A stretch of 64,000 nucleotides of DNA from Pseudomonadota bacterium (lineage in GTDB: Bacteria; Desulfobacterota; Desulfobulbia; Desulfobulbales; SURF-16), in the NCBI GenBank assembly GCA_018816555.1, contig JAHIVT010000071.1, forward strand, positions 898 to 64,897, written 5' to 3'. Shown here piece after piece: positions 37,216 to 47,900 of the stretch. Position 1 is the stretch's first letter. Each line of letters begins with the position of its first letter. The translations under genes and the position numbers were made by a program. The notes under the pieces are model-generated. The model was not told the DNA's origin. It ran no database searches and saw only the letters and a program-made list of their open reading frames with translations.

Positions 37216-38625
37216 TTACTCAGCACCTCCGCCCAATACCGCGTAAAGCCTCACCTGGTTGGAGATTTTGGCCAGTCGGAGGGCGATAAGGCCCTGCTGC
37301 GCCGCATAGAGGGATCGCTGTGCATCAAGGACGCCCAGGTAGCTGTCAATTCCCTTTGTATAGCGTTTATTTGAGAGGCGATATGTTTCGGCAACGGCAT
37401 TGACCAATGATTGTTGCGCTGCGACCTGCTGATCCACCGTGCCCTGCACGGCAAGGGAATCGGCTACCTCCCTGAAAGCCGTCTGGATTGCCTTCTCGTA
37501 CTGGGTCAGGACGATTTCACGATCGGCCTTGCTGACCCGCAGGGCAGCCCAGACGCGGGCGTCGAAAATGGGCATAACGATCTGGGGCGTAAAATTCCAT
37601 GTGCCTGTTCCGGAATTGAAGAGGCCGGAGAGATCGTCGCTTGCGGTTCCCACAGCGGTGGTCAGTGATATACGGGGGAAAAAGGCGGCCCGGGCCGCGC
37701 CGACAAAGGCGTAGGCCCCCTTGAGCCGATGTTCCGCCGCCATGATGTCCGGCCGACGCTGGAGCGTTTCCGAGGGCAGCCCCGTAGAAATTTCCCTGGG
37801 CGGAATGACGTTCTCCAGATTAACCGGCAACAACTCCTCAGGCACCGGAGCACCGGCCAGGAGGTTCAAGGCGTTCTGGTCCTGCGCCACCAGTTGCCTG
37901 TAGCGGAAAACATCTCTCCGGGCTGTATCCAGCGGGACCTGAGCCTGCTTCAGATCCAGTTCGGTGGCGACCCCGACATCATTCCTCTTTTGCACTAAAT
38001 CGTAGGAGGCCTGCTGTGTTTCAAGGGTAGACTGGGTCAGTTTCAGGTTTTCACGATCCGCAGCCAGGGTCATGTACGCCCTGGCAACCTCGGACACCAG
38101 CGCGATCTGGGCGCTGCGCCGGGCCTCATCCGTAGCCAGATATTCCTCCAAGGCTTGATCTTTCAGGCTCTTGATGCGACCAAAGAAATCAATCTCCCAA
38201 GAGGCTACACCCAGTTCAAGACTGTATTGTTCACTTGTCCTTGGATCTCCAGGGCTGACAAGATCAGAGGAAAGGCGCTTTTTGCCTCCGCCGCCGCTGG
38301 CATTAACTGCGGGGAACAGCTCCGCCCGTTGCACGCCGTACAGTGCGCGCGCCCTTTCCACATTCAAGGCGGCAAGTCGCAGATCCCTGTTATTTTCCAG
38401 GGCCATGCCGATGACCTTCTGCAACTGTTCGTCGGGGAAAAATTCCTGCCGGCTCAGCTCAGGGGCGACCGGGGTCTCGGGTGTGTCCGGGACGGTCTGG
38501 TAGGCCTCACCCTGCGGCCAATCCCCTGGAATCGGCAATTGAGGTTGGGTGTATTCAGGGGCCAGCGAACAGCCGGCCGCAATGAGTGCGACGCCGGCCA
38601 ATAACAACAATAATCGTCTATTCAT
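37216..38625 (-). CDS. RND efflux outer-membrane lipoprotein, NodT family
   Basis: MNRRLLLLLAGVALIAAGCSLAPEY lipobox. ATG 38625 overlaps the RND stop by 8 nt. Two TolC-like repeats. Confidence 0.85.
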   Translation of the reverse strand: MNRRLLLLLAGVALIAAGCSLAPEYTQPQLPIPGDWPQGEAYQTVPDTPETPVAPELSRQEFFPDEQLQKVIGMALENNRDLRLAALNVERARALYGVQRAELFPAVNASGGGGKKRLSSDLVSPGDPRTSEQYSLELGVASWEIDFFGRIKSLKDQALEEYLATDEARRSAQIALVSEVARAYMTLAADRENLKLTQSTLETQQASYDLVQKRNDVGVATELDLKQAQVPLDTARRDVFRYRQLVAQDQNALNLLAGAPVPEELLPVNLENVIPPREISTGLPSETLQRRPDIMAAEHRLKGAYAFVGAARAAFFPRISLTTAVGTASDDLSGLFNSGTGTWNFTPQIVMPIFDARVWAALRVSKADREIVLTQYEKAIQTAFREVADSLAVQGTVDQQVAAQQSLVNAVAETYRLSNKRYTKGIDSYLGVLDAQRSLYAAQQGLIALRLAKISNQVRLYAVLGGGAE

Positions 38626-41600
38626 GGGCGTGTCCCCCCGGGGAACTTTCTGCAACATGTTGTATGGTTACTTTCTTTCTGTGTTTTCCCAGGATCTTAT
38701 AGATCAGCACGTAAAAGAGCGGCGCGAAAATTGTTACCAGAAAGGTCGAGGTTACCGTGCCGCCCAGCACGCCGGTGCCGATGGCCCTTTGCGCCCCCGA
38801 TCCTGCCCCGACGGCCAGAGCCAGCGGCAGGATGCCGAAGCCGAAGGCCAGCGAGGTCATGATGATAGGCCGCAGCCGCAGCTTAGCCGCTTCCAGGGTC
38901 GCCTCAATCAGACCTGCCCCTGCATCAACCCTGGCCCTGGCGAACTGGACGATCAGGATAGCATTCTTGGTGGTCAAACCCAGGGTGGTCAGCAGACCGA
39001 TCTGGAAATAGACGTCGTTGGGCATCCCCCGCATGCTTGAGGCAATAACCCCGCCGATAACCCCAAGGGGCAGGGTCAGCAGAATCGCGATGGGGATGGG
39101 CCAACTCTCATACAGGGCCGCCAGACAGAGGAAGACGACAAAGATCGAGAAGGCGTAGAGCAGGGGCGCCTGGGAGCCGGCCATCCTCTCCTGGTAGGAG
39201 AGTCCGGTCCAATCATAGCCGATGCCCTGGGGCAGCTTGGCGATGATCTCTTCCATGGCGGCCATGGCCTCGCCGGAACTCCTTCCCGGGGCTGGCTCGC
39301 CCCAGATATTGATGGACGGAAAGGCGTTGAAGCGCTCCAGCTTGGGTGAACCCATGACCCAGCGGCCTGAAGCAAAAGAGGAAAAGGGAACCATCTTGCC
39401 GACGCTGTTACGCACATAGAGCTTTTCCAGATCCTGCGGCAGCATGCGAAAGGGCGCATCCACCTGGGCATAGACCTTTTTGACCCGGCCGGCCTGGATA
39501 AAGTCATTGACATAGGAGCTGCCGAAGGCCGCGGCAATGGTGTTGTGGATGGAATCGATAGGAATCCCCAAGGCGCCGGCCTTGTCCCAGTCCACATCGA
39601 TGTGGTATTCGGCCACGTCACTCATGCCGTTGGGCCGGACCCTGATCAGACGCGGATCCTGGGCCGCCATGCCGAGGAGCTGGTTGCGGGCCGCCATCAA
39701 TTTTTCATGGCCCATACCGCCCCGGTCCAGCAACTGTAGATCAAACCCGGTTGCCATACCCAGTTCAATGACCGGCGGGGGCGGGAAGGCGAAGACCATG
39801 GCCTCTTTTATTTGGGAAAAGGCCCCCATGGCCCGACCGGCGATGGCCCCGACCTTCAGGTCCGGCCGCTGGCGCAGCTTCCAGTCTTTCAGTTTGACAA
39901 ACCCCAGGGCCATGTTCTGTCCCTCACCGCCAAAACTCGTACCGGCTATTGTCATGATGGAATCCACCCCATCTTTCTCTTGTCCCAGAAAATAGTCTCT
40001 GACCTTGTTAATCACGGCCTCGGTCTGCTCCAGGCTGGAGCCAGAGGGTAGCATGGCCTGGACCATCAGGATACCCTGGTCTTCATCCGGAATATAGGAT
40101 GTGGGCATGCGCTGGAACAGATAACCCATGGCCCCCACAATCAACACAAAAAGGAACAGGTAACGCAGTTTTTTCGCCAGAACCCGCCCGACCAGTCTGA
40201 CATACAGATCCCTGCCGCGGAAAAAAATCCGGTCGAACCAGCGGAAAAAGGGGCGCAAAAACCAGACTGCGCCATCAGAGGGTTCATGCCCCTTGGGCAC
40301 AGGTTTGAGCATGGTGGCGCACAGCACCGGGGTCAGAACCAGGGCAACAACCACAGACAGGAGCATGGAGGAAATGACGGTCACGGAAAACTGGCGATAG
40401 ATGACCCCGGTGGAGCCGGGAAAGAAGGCCATGGGGCCGAAGACCGCCGACAGCACCAGGCCGATGCCGATCAGGGCGCTGGTGATCTCGCCCATGGATT
40501 TGGCGGTTGCCTCCCGGGGTGATAGCCCCTCCTCGGCCATGATACGCTCAACGTTTTCTACCACCACGATGGCGTCATCCACCAAAAGCCCGATCGCCAA
40601 TACCATGGCGAACATGGTCAGCATATTGATGGAAAAACCGAACAGCCCCAGGATCCCGAAGGTTCCGAGCAACACCACCGGCACCGCGATGGTGGGAATC
40701 AGCGTGGCCCGGAAGGTCCCCATAAAGAGATACATGACAACAAAGACCAGCAGGACGGCCTCGAACAGGGTCTTGACCACCTCGTCAATAGCCACCTCCG
40801 TAAAGGGGGTGGTGTCGTAGGGATAAATCACCTTCATGCCGGGGGGGAAATAGTGGCTCATCTCCTCCAGCTTCTGCTTAATGGCATTGGCCGTATCCAG
40901 CGCATTGGCGCCGGCAGCCTGGCGGATTGCCATTGCGGCGGCGGGTTTGCCATTGTAATTGGCCACGATATCGCTGCGTTCAGTCCCCAGTTCCGTGCGG
41001 CCGATGTCCTTAACGCGGACCACCGAGCCATCCGGATTGGTGCGGATGGGGATGGCGGCAAACTCCTCCGGGGTCTGGAGCAGATGCTGAACAATGATAG
41101 CGGCGTTCAGGCGCTGGCCCTCCATGGCCGGTGACCCGCCTAATTGACCGGCGGAGACCTCGACGTTGTAAGCCCTGAGCGCCAGGATGACATCTTCCAT
41201 GGTCAGGCTGTAACTGGTCAGCTTGTCGGGATTTACCCAGACCCGCATGGCATACTGGGAGCCGAAATTTTGTACTTCACCGACCCCCGGCACCCTTGAG
41301 AGGATCTTTTCCAGATTGGACTGGGCGTAGTCCCGCAGATCATTGCCGTCCATGCTGCCGTCTTCCGAGGTCAGGCCGACAATCAGCAGGTAGTTTCTGG
41401 TGGATTTGCTGACCTTGACGCCGGAGCGTTGCACCACATCGGGCAGGCTGGCCATGGCCAGCTGCAGCTTGTTCTGCACCTTGGACCAGGCCACATCCGG
41501 ATCGGTCCCCGGCGCAAAGGTCATCTCGACCCGGGAGGCACCCGACGAAGAACTGGTTCCGGAAAGATAGAGCATATCGTCCAGCCCGGTCATCTTTTGC

Positions 41601-41800
41601 TCGATGATCTGGGTTACAGTATTTTCAACGGTCTCGCCCGAGGCTCCGGGGAAATAGGAATCAATGGCAATGGCCGGCGGCGCGATGGACGGATACTGTG
41701 AGATGGGCAGATTATAGATCGCCAGGCCACCTGCCGTCATCATGATAATGGCGATGACCCAGGCAAAGACCGGCCGGTCTAAAAAGAACTTAGATAGCAT
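38618..41800 (-). CDS. RND multidrug efflux permease, AcrB/MexB (HAE1) type
   Basis: MLSKFFLDRPVFAWVIAIIMM...; 1060 aa, 12-TM architecture with canonical AcrB motifs. Confidence 0.95.
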   Translation of the reverse strand: MLSKFFLDRPVFAWVIAIIMMTAGGLAIYNLPISQYPSIAPPAIAIDSYFPGASGETVENTVTQIIEQKMTGLDDMLYLSGTSSSSGASRVEMTFAPGTDPDVAWSKVQNKLQLAMASLPDVVQRSGVKVSKSTRNYLLIVGLTSEDGSMDGNDLRDYAQSNLEKILSRVPGVGEVQNFGSQYAMRVWVNPDKLTSYSLTMEDVILALRAYNVEVSAGQLGGSPAMEGQRLNAAIIVQHLLQTPEEFAAIPIRTNPDGSVVRVKDIGRTELGTERSDIVANYNGKPAAAMAIRQAAGANALDTANAIKQKLEEMSHYFPPGMKVIYPYDTTPFTEVAIDEVVKTLFEAVLLVFVVMYLFMGTFRATLIPTIAVPVVLLGTFGILGLFGFSINMLTMFAMVLAIGLLVDDAIVVVENVERIMAEEGLSPREATAKSMGEITSALIGIGLVLSAVFGPMAFFPGSTGVIYRQFSVTVISSMLLSVVVALVLTPVLCATMLKPVPKGHEPSDGAVWFLRPFFRWFDRIFFRGRDLYVRLVGRVLAKKLRYLFLFVLIVGAMGYLFQRMPTSYIPDEDQGILMVQAMLPSGSSLEQTEAVINKVRDYFLGQEKDGVDSIMTIAGTSFGGEGQNMALGFVKLKDWKLRQRPDLKVGAIAGRAMGAFSQIKEAMVFAFPPPPVIELGMATGFDLQLLDRGGMGHEKLMAARNQLLGMAAQDPRLIRVRPNGMSDVAEYHIDVDWDKAGALGIPIDSIHNTIAAAFGSSYVNDFIQAGRVKKVYAQVDAPFRMLPQDLEKLYVRNSVGKMVPFSSFASGRWVMGSPKLERFNAFPSINIWGEPAPGRSSGEAMAAMEEIIAKLPQGIGYDWTGLSYQERMAGSQAPLLYAFSIFVVFLCLAALYESWPIPIAILLTLPLGVIGGVIASSMRGMPNDVYFQIGLLTTLGLTTKNAILIVQFARARVDAGAGLIEATLEAAKLRLRPIIMTSLAFGFGILPLALAVGAGSGAQRAIGTGVLGGTVTSTFLVTIFAPLFYVLIYKILGKHRKKVTIQHVAESSPGGHAHE

Positions 41801-43020
41801 TACACGTCTCCTTCACTGCGTTTTTTGGACGGTGCGTCGGCACCGGCTGCAGGCACTTGCCCGGCCTGCGTCGGATCAAAAGGAGAAGCTTTCACCACCG
41901 TGCCCGGCCTGAGCATCAGCAGACCTTCGACGATCAACCGGTCGCCATGGGCAAGTCCTGACGAAACAAGCCATTTGTCGCCGATGGCCCGGTCAAGGGT
42001 GAGCGGCCGATAGCCGGCTTTGCTTTCGGCATCAACGATCAAGGCATAGGGATTGCCTTTTGGATCCCGGGACACCCCCTGTTGTGGAATAAGGATGGCC
42101 TGCTCATTGACGCCTTCCTTGATCACCGCCTGAACAAACATCCCCGGCAGAATGACCCCTTCAGGATTGGGAAAGACCACCCGCAGGATGACCGAGCCAG
42201 TGGTCGAATCAACCGTGACATCGCTGAATTGCAGCGTCCCCTCCAGGGGATAGGAAGTGCCGTCTTCCAGGATGAGTTTGACCTTGTTCTGGTCCTTTTC
42301 GTGCTGATTGAGGAGGCCGTCCTTCAGGCGGCTCTTCAGGCGCAGCAAGTCGATGGTGGATTGGGGCATATCAGCGTAAATGGGATCCAGTTGCTGGATG
42401 GTGGCCAGGGCCAGGGCTTGGTATGCCGTGACGATGGCGCCATCGGTGACGTTGGATTTGCCGATGCGACCGGAGATGGGCGCCGTGACTTTGGTGTATC
42501 CCAGATTGATGCTGGCCGTCTCCACCGTCGCTTGCGAATACTGAATATCGGCCACGACCTGGGTCAGGGCGGCAGCCGCGTCGTCGTAGTCCTGCTGACT
42601 CACCGCTTTGTCCGCTAGTAATTCCTTGTAACGCTCGACCCTTGACCTGAGTGTAAACAGATTGGCCTCAGCCCGGGCCAGGGCGGCCTTGGCATTGTCG
42701 AGGGCTGCCTGAAACGGAGCGGGATCAATCTGATAGAGCACTTGGCCCGCCTTGACCTCTGAACCTTCCGTAAACAGGCGTTTCTGCACCAGACCGCTGA
42801 CTTGGGGCCGAATTTCCGCGATCCGGAAGGCGGACGTGCGTCCCGGCAGCTCCGTGGTTATCAGCACGCGCTGGGGATTAACCACCACAACCGAAACCTC
42901 GGGGGACACGGCCTGAGCAGGTGCGCTGGCTGTCGAATCCTTGCCGCAGCCGGTCATCAGCAGGCTGCCGATCATCAACCCTGCGAGAGCAATCACTTTT
43001 GCTTTGTGTAACATTTTCAT
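41800..43020 (-). CDS. RND periplasmic adaptor lipoprotein (AcrA/MexA-like)
   Basis: Lipobox LLMTGCGK. Motif RTSAFRIAEIRPQVSGLV. Stop overlaps the RND start. Confidence 0.9.
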   Translation of the reverse strand: MKMLHKAKVIALAGLMIGSLLMTGCGKDSTASAPAQAVSPEVSVVVVNPQRVLITTELPGRTSAFRIAEIRPQVSGLVQKRLFTEGSEVKAGQVLYQIDPAPFQAALDNAKAALARAEANLFTLRSRVERYKELLADKAVSQQDYDDAAAALTQVVADIQYSQATVETASINLGYTKVTAPISGRIGKSNVTDGAIVTAYQALALATIQQLDPIYADMPQSTIDLLRLKSRLKDGLLNQHEKDQNKVKLILEDGTSYPLEGTLQFSDVTVDSTTGSVILRVVFPNPEGVILPGMFVQAVIKEGVNEQAILIPQQGVSRDPKGNPYALIVDAESKAGYRPLTLDRAIGDKWLVSSGLAHGDRLIVEGLLMLRPGTVVKASPFDPTQAGQVPAAGADAPSKKRSEGDV

Positions 43021-43039
43021 GGGAACCTCATAGTCTTTA

Positions 43040-43059
43040 CGGAATGAACATTCATTCCG
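43040..43059. promoter_or_regulatory. palindromic TetR-type operator upstream of the RND operon
   Basis: CGGAATGAA-CA-TTCATTCCG (9-bp arms), 20-39 nt upstream of the adaptor start. A second copy lies at 43694-43711. Confidence 0.55.
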
Positions 43060-43096
43060 CTAGTAGATAAAAAAAATTCGCGCTGTCTTCCTTGAG

Positions 43097-43672
43097 CTAG
43101 CGCCTAATTCCGTCCCAACAGGCCTCGATAATCTTGGTGATCAGAACATTATCTAACTTGACCACATCAAGAATGTGGTCCCGGACCACGTAAAGAACAG
43201 GGCCAAAGGCCAGGTCGAAAATAACCGTCAGTGGAAAATCCTTTATCATCTGTTGGGAAATACCTTCCTCGAAAAATTCATGGAACACATCGCGGTTTTC
43301 TCTTGCCCCCAAGATTCGGTCCCTGCGGAGTGCCGCACCGTAGGGGGAGCCGTGAAACTGTTCCACATAGCGAAAATCAAGGGGGTTCTCGATGAAATAC
43401 TGCAGCAGCGCCTTACCGAGATGGAGAAATCGTTCTCGAACAGGCCGCTCGGAATCATATCCCTGCAGGATGTACGGAAAAAGTCGATCTTCTATATCCT
43501 CATACAGGACGGAGATCAGGATATCCTTGTTTGCAAAGTAACGGTAAATCGTGCCGGCCCCAACCCCTGCCCGACTGGCGATCATGGCTATGGGAGCCCC
43601 GTGAAAACCGTGTTCGGCGATAATTTCAAGGGCAGCACGGATAATCTCGTCGCGTTTTTCTGTTTTTAACAT
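43097..43672 (-). CDS. TetR/AcrR-family repressor
   Basis: HTH GFHGAPIAMIASRAGVGAGTIYRYFANKD. Likely start is ATG 43672 (MLKTEKRDEI); the track start 43708 lies inside the operator palindrome. Confidence 0.85.
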   Translation of the reverse strand: MLKTEKRDEIIRAALEIIAEHGFHGAPIAMIASRAGVGAGTIYRYFANKDILISVLYEDIEDRLFPYILQGYDSERPVRERFLHLGKALLQYFIENPLDFRYVEQFHGSPYGAALRRDRILGARENRDVFHEFFEEGISQQMIKDFPLTVIFDLAFGPVLYVVRDHILDVVKLDNVLITKIIEACWDGIRR

Positions 43673-43693
43673 GGTTTTCCTTATTGCAGTCTC

Positions 43694-43711
43694 GGAGTGA
43701 ATGTTCATTCC
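43694..43711. promoter_or_regulatory. second copy of the TetR operator palindrome (autoregulation site)
   Basis: GGAGTGAA-TG-TTCATTCC: one mismatch relative to the 43041-43058 site. Confidence 0.5.
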
Positions 43712-43834
43712 TAATGTATTTCCTTATCCTTTATACGTCAAGAAAAACTTTGCGCCCGCTTTTGGGCGAATCGACAATAACCGATAAAACAGGTCGCATT
43801 GTGCAAAATGACCGGCGTTCCCCGCTCCATCATT

Positions 43835-44542
43835 TTATAGAAAGGGCTTTGCTAAAAAATAGCAGCCAAGACCCGCGATCACCACGCCCGCCCCTTTGCG
43901 GAACCACAGGCTGCCCCGGCCGAAAAATGCGCTTGTTGTAAACCTTTTCACCATGGCTGTGGAGCTGCCTGCCACGGCAATGGGCAGACAGTGGCCAACG
44001 GCAAAAAGCAGGATGAGCAGCACACCGGTCATCACCTGCTTCTGCACGGTGATGATGGCCAGGATGGGGGCAATGAAGCCGAAGGTGCAGGAGCCGGAGA
44101 GAACACCATAGGCAAGTCCCAGCACAAATGCGCCCCAGTGTCCCCGTAACCGCAGCCGCCCCATGACACCTGCCGGCAGACAACACCTGGCCAGGCCCAG
44201 CATGTCCATAGCCACCCACAGCAGGATCAGCCCCACGGCAATGGTCCAATAGGGACCGATATCGCCCAGCATCCGGCCGAGCAGGGCACAGATAATACCC
44301 ACCAGGGTGATGGTGAGAAAAAGGCCGCCGCTGAACAGCACCGCATACCAGGCAGCCTGCCGGCCCTGGACAAGCTGATCCTGACCGCCCACATAGGCCA
44401 CGATCAAGGGGATCGAGGCCAGATGGCAGGGGCTGAACAGCACGCTGATCATCCCCCAGGCAAAACAGCCCAGGGCGGCAATGGCAGTGGTGCCGGCCAT
44501 CCACTGGTTGACGAGCAGAAAAATGGAATCCATCGTGATCAC
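43835..44542 (-). CDS. ccdA: CcdA/DsbD-type transmembrane thiol-disulfide electron transporter
   Basis: Motifs LFSPCHLASIPLIV and LSGSCTFGFIAPIL; six TM helices. ATGA overlap with the upstream thioredoxin gene. Confidence 0.85.
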   Translation of the reverse strand: MITMDSIFLLVNQWMAGTTAIAALGCFAWGMISVLFSPCHLASIPLIVAYVGGQDQLVQGRQAAWYAVLFSGGLFLTITLVGIICALLGRMLGDIGPYWTIAVGLILLWVAMDMLGLARCCLPAGVMGRLRLRGHWGAFVLGLAYGVLSGSCTFGFIAPILAIITVQKQVMTGVLLILLFAVGHCLPIAVAGSSTAMVKRFTTSAFFGRGSLWFRKGAGVVIAGLGCYFLAKPFL

Positions 44543-44934
44543 TTCTCCTGCTGTTCCATCACACCCATTTCTTTGAGTTTGGCGACAATGCCCTCTTCAG
44601 CCAGAAAGCCCTCATGCCGGTAGATTTCCTTGCCGTTTTTGTCAAAAAAAATCTGGGTGGGGATAGAACGGATACCAAATCTCTTAGACTGACTGCCGTC
44701 CTCCCAGACATCGATAAAGACAATGGCCGCCCGGCCCGCATATTCCTTTTGCAGCTTTTCCAGGATCGGCGCCATCATTTTACACGGAATACATTTGCCG
44801 GCCCCGAGATCAACCATGGTCACCATGTCTTTCACCGGAATTTCCTGCTGCGCAGCCCAGGCTGGACCACTCAGCAGCAGAATCACGGCAATAACGATAC
44901 ATCCCAGCATCCTGTTACGCATTTTTTTCTCCAT
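44539..44934 (-). CDS. exported thioredoxin-fold protein (TlpA/ResA-like), CIPC active site
   Basis: Signal peptide IVIAVILLLSGPAWA. Motifs GAGKCIPCKMMAPIL and SIPTQIFF. The start ATG overlaps the RND stop (TAATG). Confidence 0.8.
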   Translation of the reverse strand: MEKKMRNRMLGCIVIAVILLLSGPAWAAQQEIPVKDMVTMVDLGAGKCIPCKMMAPILEKLQKEYAGRAAIVFIDVWEDGSQSKRFGIRSIPTQIFFDKNGKEIYRHEGFLAEEGIVAKLKEMGVMEQQEK

Positions 44935-47900
44935 TATTTTGCAGTTGTTAAAGAGAGGTACTCCCCATCCACACCGCTTTTCCCCCGGTCCACCGTATAG
45001 GCAAACATGGGAATATAAATCAGGGTCAGAATGGTTCCGACCAGCAGGCCGCCTATGGCCACGTCAGCCAGGGGGGAAAGACGTTCCAGTCCAACAGCCC
45101 ACTCAAAGGCAATGGGGATCATGCCGGCCATGGTGCCGAAGGCGGTCATGAATACCGGTCTGAACCGCACCCGCACCGACTCCATGGCCGCCGCAAAGGG
45201 CGACTCCCCTGTCTTGCGGAACACCTGGTAAAAATCAATGAGCAGTACCGAATTTTTGATGATGATGCCGAAAAGCAGCATGATGCCCACCATGCTGGGC
45301 ATGCAACTCGGCTTATTAAAGACCAGCATGCCCCAGGAGGCGCCGATCATGGCAAGGGGCAACACCAGGATCATGACCACGGAAAGCCGAACCGAATGAT
45401 AGATGGCAATGAGTGCCATGAGCAGCAGGACCACGCCGATGGCAATGGCCTTGATCATGCGGGCGAAACTGTCCTGCATCTGTTTGATGTCTCCCTCCTG
45501 GCTCAGCTCGACCCCGCTGAAATCCTCCTGATGCAGCTCCCTTTCCACATCCCCCATGATGGTGGACATGGCGCGCTTACTCCGGTAGCCTGATACATCC
45601 ACGGAATAGAGCATCTGATTGCGCTCGATCCTGTTAGCCGTGAGGCCATAGCTGATGGTGGCCAGTGCCTCCAGGGGAACAACCCCTTTGGGTGTCTGGA
45701 TGGGGATGAGGCGCAGATTATCCGGATGACTGTCCAGGGCAGGGGCAAAATCGAGCCTGACAAACTGGCTCTGCATGGAAACAAGATTGCCGTTAATAGC
45801 CACCGGCACGCCTGCCAGCGGCAATTGGGCCGCGATCATCACCGGGGTCATGCCATAGGCCAGGGCCTTGTTGGTATCAATCTCCAGCCGTGCCTCGGTG
45901 AAGTCCTCATCCCAGCTGGTATTTACCGAGGTAAGCCCCTTGACCCGGCCCAGGGCGGAGACAGCCCGGGATGCGGCCTGGGGCAGCAGATGATAGTCCT
46001 CGGCCAGCAGCCGCACATCAACCGGCGCCTTGATACTGCTCATGGCGGTGGCGCCGAAATCATAGACATCCGCCGCTTTGACATTGGCCAGTTCGGTCAA
46101 TTTGCCACGAATTTCATCTTCAATCTGCCAGACGGATTTCTTGCGCTCAAAACGGTTGACACAGTTAATGGTCATAACGGCTTCCGTGGGAAGCGATCCG
46201 GACCCCATGGACAACACGCCCGGTTCCGCCCCGAAGGTAATCGAACTCATCTCCACCTCCGGCTGCGCCTTGAGCCAGGCTAAAACCGGCAGCAATCTCT
46301 TTTCCACCGTCTCCACCGTCTCATTGGCGGAAAATTTGACATGGGCCTTGATAATGCCGGTATCCATGGGCGGCATCAGATCTCGGCCGATAACAGGCAT
46401 GATGTTTCTGATACTGACGGCCAGCAGGACAATGACCCCGACGGTCATCAGCAACCGGCGCAGCCCGGACCGCCCTCCGTTGGAAAAGCGCAGGATGGAG
46501 AGATAGGGCCCCACCAGCCGGCCGAAACTCCTGTCATACACCTTTTCCAGCAGGAGTTCAAAACGGGTTTTCGTGACGCCTTTCCGATAAAGCCAGAAGG
46601 AAATGGATGGAATAAAGGTGATGGAAAGAAAATAGGAGACAAGCAGGGCAATGATCAGGGTGGAGATCAGGGGCCTGAATATTTTTTCCGGGAAATCCCC
46701 CACAAAGAGAAAGGGGATCATAATGGCAATGGTGGCCACCGTGCCGGCAAAAACCGGGGCAATGACCTCTTTGGTGCCGGCAATGATGGCGGTATTGAGA
46801 TCTTCTTTAAGCTCGCCGAGATGGCGCTCAATATTTTCCAGCACCACCACTGCGTCATCAACCAGCATGCCGAGGGCCAGGATGATGGCGGTGTAGATGA
46901 CGATATTGAGTTCTCCGCCGCCCATCCAGATAATGGCGATGGTGGAGAAAAAAACCATGGGAATGGAGGCCAGTGCCGCGGTCACGGCCCGCAGATTGCC
47001 GAGAAAAAGCAGAATCACCAGCAGGGTGAAGAAGATGGCATCCCGCAGGGCCTCAAGCATGTTGACATTGGCGGTTTCGATCAGATTGCGCTGGGTGTCC
47101 GCCAGTTGAAAATCAATATTGGTGTAACGCGGTATAAGCTGGGCAACCGCGCTCCGGGCCGCCTTACTGGTGGACAGCACCGAGCCCCCGGGCGCCCGCT
47201 GGATAGCCAGGGCGATGGCGGGTTTGCCGTTGCCGATATAGCCGGATAACCTTTTCTGATGGTGCCAGCTGATGTCGGCAATATCCCCCAGGCGCACGTT
47301 GGTCGCCACCGGCAGCATGGCCAGCGCTTCCACCTGATCCCGCTCACCGTAATAGGCCAGCGTATAAAAAGAATCCTCGCCCTTGACAAAACCAATGGGT
47401 ACATCCCTGTCCAGACTGCGGATGATGCCGCCTATTTTATCCAGGGCAATGCCGTAACTCTTGGCCTTGAACGGATCGATATTGATCATGATGGCGCTCT
47501 GGAAACCGCCGAAAATCTCCACATTCCCGATGGCGGAATTCCTGAGCAGGGCCGGTTTGATGTCACTTTCGGCGATTTTGCGGATATCGGCCAGAGACAG
47601 GTTGTCATTTTTCGGGCTTAAGGCAAAGACATCAACGGGCAGGGTAAAGGAGCCGGCCGTGTAAATGGCCGGGGTGACCCCTGCGGGCAATTTGTCCCGC
47701 ACCTTGTTGATAGCGTTGTTCACATCCACTGCCGCCGGATCAAGACCTTTTTTATACTCGAATTCAGCGGTGACAATGGACATGCCGGCAATATTGGTGG
47801 AACTCACCTGGCGGATGAGGGCAAGGGTGGATATTTCCTGTTCAATGGGTTTGGAGACCGTGGCCGCCACCATATTGGGGGTGGCGCCCGGCACCTGGCT

